A stretch of 64,000 bases of DNA from the human T2T-CHM13v2.0 reference genome, Homo sapiens. How positions within the stretch are numbered: position 1 is the stretch's first letter; each line of letters starts with the position of its first letter. A program made the position numbers and the translations under genes. The notes beneath the pieces are model-generated. The model had not been told where the DNA came from, made no database searches, and worked only from the letters and a program-made list of their open reading frames with translations. Below are positions 58,320 through 64,000 of the stretch, one piece after another. The stretch lies in the NCBI RefSeq assembly GCF_009914755.1, contig NC_060945.1, one strand, 5' to 3'.

Positions 58320-60530
58320 TAGAGTATTCCAATAATTATAGGTGAATTAAAAAAAAAGGTGTTTGCAAATCAGGGAAGGAGCAGATAAAAGTTAAAAAGG
58401 AAATGAAAAGGGAGTCATGGCAGGAAAATCAAGGGCCCACCAACTTTCTGGGAAGAGAAACTTCTTAATCTTCCTCTCTTCAAACATGGATTTTTTCAGA
58501 AAGGATTTCTAGAGTAATAACGTAAATTCTGACGCTGAGCTAGATGCTGACAATTACACGGTCAGTAGTATTGGCATGTTCCCTGCCTTCACAAAGGTTA
58601 ACATCAAGAGGGGTTGACAAAATATCATAAATGCAATCACAGTAAAGCAACAGAGGCCTTAGTGCTTAGGTATGGGAGAGTCTCTCCAGTCCTCCATGTG
58701 TTGGTATGGACCCTAAACTCCATCCACATGATTGCCATGGGAGCAGCAATTTTGAGTATGATCTTCATGCCCTGACAGGAGTTGATGGGTCCAGATATGG
58801 CCATTTGAACAAAATGAAGCAGAAAATTCCCAGAATTTGCAAACAAAAGCCAATATGTTTTCTACCTGATGAAGCTTTAAGGTCTAACCCTTGTGATCTA
58901 TTAGAATAGTAGCTATGTGCTTCTCCTTGTAGAATGCCCATTTGAAGTTTATTATAAGGTACCTGCTTATGTTTTCTGCTGAAGAATTCTATGTATGTGC
59001 TACTCAGAGTTGGATCACAGAAAATCTTTTTTAACTTTTGTACACTGGCCATGTCAGAGATATTCCATCAAGTCTAAGATGTAAGATGTTCAGCATCCTA
59101 AAATAAACAGATGAGTGAGCTTGAAAACCATCACTGCTCTCCAGACCTACACAATGATCACAAATGCTGTGCTCTGTTCATTCATTATACACTTGTTTAC
59201 TGCAGAGTTACCAACTCTCAAGCTGGTTTGCTTTGTATGGGAGTGGATAGAACATCGTTATAATTGAGTTATTATGCAGTATCCAGAAACCATACTTAGT
59301 AAATTGTGGCAGGAAGCTTAAAATTTTCTGATAGTTTAGAAATATAGCACCATGAGATATCAGAGGGGTCATTTTCTCTAAAGTTGTGATAGTGATAACA
59401 GGTTAAGAAAAGACTGTGAAGAAATTACTCTAATACATGACAGTCTGGAGCAAAATTTCTGGTTTGGTAGCAAAAGGCAATTGCAAAAATTACACCTTAA
59501 CAAGGTTGAAAGGAAAAATATTGACGGGGAAAACCCAGAACGCTGAGTTCTTCCAGTCTCTTTTAAGAGCCTTAAAACCCTTAACACCTGTGGGATTGAA
59601 TCATGTTTGGCTCCTAAACAGAGAGATTTTACTCCAATTCCCTGTACGGACCAAAGTGGTCAGTAGATCTATAGCTCTAAAAGGAACAACAGCTCAAAAC
59701 TTAAAACATTAAATAAAACATTTACTTATATCTATATGTCTGTATCTGTTTATGAAATATATACATTTATATATATATATCGAGAGAGAAATATGGTAGA
59801 TAATTAAGTATCCAGTCATCTGGATGGGATGGGGTAGGAAGATGATGTGTAGTGTTGGATTGGTAGGTGGAGATGAGAGAGGGTAAATTGGTAAGCAAAA
59901 GGTAAGCAATTTAAGAAGACAGAAACTTAACTGAAAAAAATTCCAGAACAATGAATATATCGTGTATATGTTTACATTTATTATGTCATATATAGTACAC
60001 ATAGAGACTGCATCTATTTACTTACAGCATATCCAAAATACATACCAAGATAAAAAGGGCAAGGGCCTCATATGTGTAATGCAATTCTTTTTTGTCTGAA
60101 ACAACAAACTCCAAACCCCCATATGTGTGTATGCATGGGTGGAGATAAAATTGCATATGTATGTATGAGGAAGTAGAAAGTAATGGAAGGTCATTTGAAG
60201 GGAATGCCTGTGGGCAGCAGCATGAGACATAACTAACACCATCTTTGTGCATATTTGTATTGCTTTACTTATTATTACAGATGTGCATTATTTTCTGAAT
60301 AAAGAAAACATCAAATGAATGAAAAATTTGAAAATAAAGGGATGCTTTAAATTTGAAAACTAAAGGGATGCTTTAGATAATGGAAAACTTAATCATGAAC
60401 CTATGGAATTGGGGAAAGCTCTAGGGAACATAACTTTATTAACTTTTGCTTGATCTACAATGTATTTGTCAATTTTTACTGTAAAAATTGTTAGTATTTG
60501 CTTAGAAACAGTTGACACTTTTTAATATTT

Positions 60531-60662
60531 ATTTACATTTGGTGTACCTTTTTGACATATCCTGAAGAGAAGGGCTACTTGCTCATAGCACTCCAAACAA
60601 CAGCAGATGATAGTCATAAAATCCAAACAAATGAGGTAATGTAAAATGTAATGACAATGTAA
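60531..60662 (+). repeat. Donor copy of ~135-bp inverted duplication
   Basis: Reverse complement of 62277-62412. Confidence 0.93.
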
Positions 60663-62276
60663 GCATAAGTTTTCCACAAGCATACCAGATCTTATTCTCA
60701 AGAGAGATTTCCTGCCTTTGTTAGCACCTACTTCCACCATGCCACATTGGTATATAATTAGGACCAAGATTATTTCAGGAAACATAACACAATAATTTGC
60801 ATTTATATACAGCTACCCAGAAACAAAGTGTAATGCTGTTTAAAACCCTCAAGAGTTGAGCAATGTTATTAGTCAGGCAGAATGGCAGTTTTATTTACTT
60901 GCTAAGCCAATTCCATATTATGAAGAACTAATGACTAGAGTTGATACATACTTTATTAGTTTGTTTCTGAAAACTCTGCTAGAGCCAAAAGAAGGAATAT
61001 AGGAAGAGCTCTGAGCATCAAATAGGAGAAATAAACCTCCAGAGATCATCAGCTGACTTAATTCAGTGAAGACTCCCTTAACAGTTGCAGAAAACTGCAC
61101 ATGCATTTAATTGCATGCTAGGTGCTTTGTTGCGGAGATCTTTACAGATTATCCTTGGTAGAACGTCTTTACTATAGAAAATTGTTAGGGAGAACTACTT
61201 AAATAGGTTTCTGGTTGCCATAATAATCAGTAGTCGGTTTACTCCTTTTAAAAAATAGTCCTGATATACGACAGCACAATAGTTTTCACAGTATAAACAA
61301 ATCAAGCAAGCATCATTCATTTGTTCAGACAAATATTTATTGAGTGTGGTCTCTGTGCATAGTCTCAGTACCTACATGGTTTAAGCACAATGGTCTTAGT
61401 ATCTACAATTATTCTTGTTATTGTGAGTTATGTTTGCTCTCGCCAGGTTTGGTTCCTCTATAAAATATAAGTAACATGAACAAAGAATATATCTATATTT
61501 AATTTTTTATTTTAAAAATAAAAATGATATGAATAGGCTTCTGTGGAATTAACCATGGTATCAAAAAAGAAGTTATATAGTGAAAACCTACAACATTCTT
61601 ATTGCTATAGGAAAAACATATATTTGGGGACTGAATTCTAGCGACCTACAACCCATTTGGACAATTTTAGCACAAAATAGAAAATATACTTCAAAATGGC
61701 ATATAGTATAACATAAAGATAAGTGTGAAATGCTGTAATATATTACAGAACATAACTATCACAGAAGTTCGGAGGAAGGAAAAAATCAATGAAAGCTAGA
61801 AAGGAGTATGATGCTTCATAGACGGGATGGGGAAACCTGAAGCATAATTAGAGAAATGAGAATGGTTTAGATTAAAAGAGGGCTGAAACAACCAATGTGT
61901 GCAGCGAAATACACTGCATCACCTCTGCATACTTGCCAAAGTATCAAGCTTGCCTTAAACCAAGACTTACAATCTAACCTACTATTTACAGAAAATAAAG
62001 GAGTTACAAGAGGAACAAGTTAAACATCATGAGTAAACAACTAAACAAATAAAGAATGTGCCTTATTCTAGAAGGCAACTGGTCTAATTTTTTCAGCAAG
62101 CCAATGGCATATAAAGGCAGAGCTGTTCTGAATTTGAAGAGACTTAAAATGTATAACAACTAAATGCAATGTGTGGAACTTATTTGAATCGTGAGTTTAA
62201 AAACAGAGGGGAACTTCCTCAAGTTGATAAAGAAAAAATAGCTACAAGAAACCTACAGCTAACATCATATTTAATG

Positions 62277-62412
62277 TTACATTGTCATTACATTTTACAT
62301 TACCTTATTTGTTTGTTTGGATTTTATGACTATCATCTGCTATTGTTTGGAATGCTGTAAGCAAGTAGCCCTTCTCTTCAGGATATGTCAAAAAGGTATA
62401 CCAAATGTAAAT
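62277..62412 (-). repeat. Inverted copy inserted inside L1 ORF2
   Basis: Matches 60531-60662; L1 sequence is colinear on both sides. Confidence 0.9.
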
Positions 62413-63222
62413 GTAGTGAGAAACTCAAAGATTTCACACTAAAATCAGGAATAAGTCAAAGCTGTTCCCTCTTATCACAACTTTTCAAATGTATGTCCTA
62501 GCTAATGCCATTAAACAAGAAAAAGAAATAAAGACATACTGATAGGAAAGGAAAAAATAAAACTGCCTTTCTTCACAAGATCATTTATGTAGGAAATCCA
62601 AAAGAATCAACAAGAAAACCTCTGGAATTAATAAACAGTTATAGCAAGATTGTAAAATACCACACTAATATGCAAAAGTAAACTGCTTTCCTATATGCAA
62701 GCAACAAACAAGTAGAATTTGAAATTTTAAAAGAGAAGGACCCTACTATTTACTTTAGCACCCCCAAAAATGAAATGCTTAAGTGTAACTCTAAAAAAAT
62801 ATATACCAATCTAAGTGAGTAAAAGTCCAAAACTCTGCTGAAAAAAAAATCAAACAAAAACTAAATAAATGGAGAGATATTCCATGTTCATATATGAGAA
62901 GACTCGATGTTGTCAAGCTGTCAGTTCTTCCCAACTTTATAGATTCAATGTAATCACAATCAAATTCCAACAATTATTTTCTGGATATCAACGAATTGAT
63001 TATTAAGTTATATGGAGAAGCAAAAGACCCTGAGTAACCAACTCAATATTGAAAATAAAGAACAAAGTCAGAGAACTGACACTACATGACTTTAAGACTT
63101 ACTACAAAGCTGCAGTAATCAAGACAGTGAAGAAACAAACAGGTCAATGAAACAGAACAGAGAACCCAGAAGTAGATGAACATAAATATAGTCAACTTTC
63201 TTTAACAAAGAAGCAAAAGTAA

Positions 63223-63549
<327 letters not shown>

Positions 63550-64000
63550 AGTGATAGATCATCTTTTTAACAAATGGTGCTGGAACAACTGGACATTTGT
63601 ATGCAAAAACATAAGTTTAGACACAGACCTTATAAACTTCACAAAAATTAACTCAAAATGGGTCATGGGACAAAATAACATGCAAAACTATAAAACTGCT
63701 AGAATATAACATAGGAGAAAATCTAGATGGCCTGGAGTTTGACAATGCCTTTTTAGTTATGAAACCAAAGGCATAATCTAAGAAAGTAAAATTTGATAAG
63801 CTAGACTTACTTAAAATTAAAAAAAAGTTTTTTCTGCAAAAGACACTATAAAGAGAATGAAAAGACAAGCCACAGACTGGGAAAGAAGTCTTTGCAAAAG
63901 ACTTACGTGATAACGTACTATTATCCAAAATATACAGGAAATTATTAGGACTCAACAATAAGAGACTAAACAACCTGATTTTAAAAGTGAGCCAAGACTT

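Overview
AT-rich, repeat-dense primate (human-like) DNA that I recognise as part of the high-glycine/tyrosine keratin-associated protein (KRTAP) cluster on 21q22.11. Nine single-exon genes can be read directly, in the order KRTAP22-2(-), 6-3(+), 6-2(-), 22-1(+), 6-1(-), 20-1(+), 20-4(+), 20-2(+), 20-3(+). Five are too short for the ORF track and were translated by hand. Gene symbols come from recalled protein sequences and gene order, not from a database search. The spacers are Alu, L1, L2, MIR, MaLR/ERVL and Tigger/hAT relics; repeat subfamilies and boundaries are approximate. The locus is known and I found no wholly new system. Details worth checking are: (1) a ~340-bp inverted repeat bracketing KRTAP22-2; (2) three head-to-head KAP6/KAP20-22 pairs; (3) two KRTAP20-like pseudogene relics at ~39.4 kb and ~49.9 kb; (4) a decay gradient among named genes, with frameshifted tails and TATA-to-GATA changes; (5) a TATAAA created by a micro-duplication upstream of KRTAP22-1; (6) a ~135-bp locally templated inverted insertion inside an L1.
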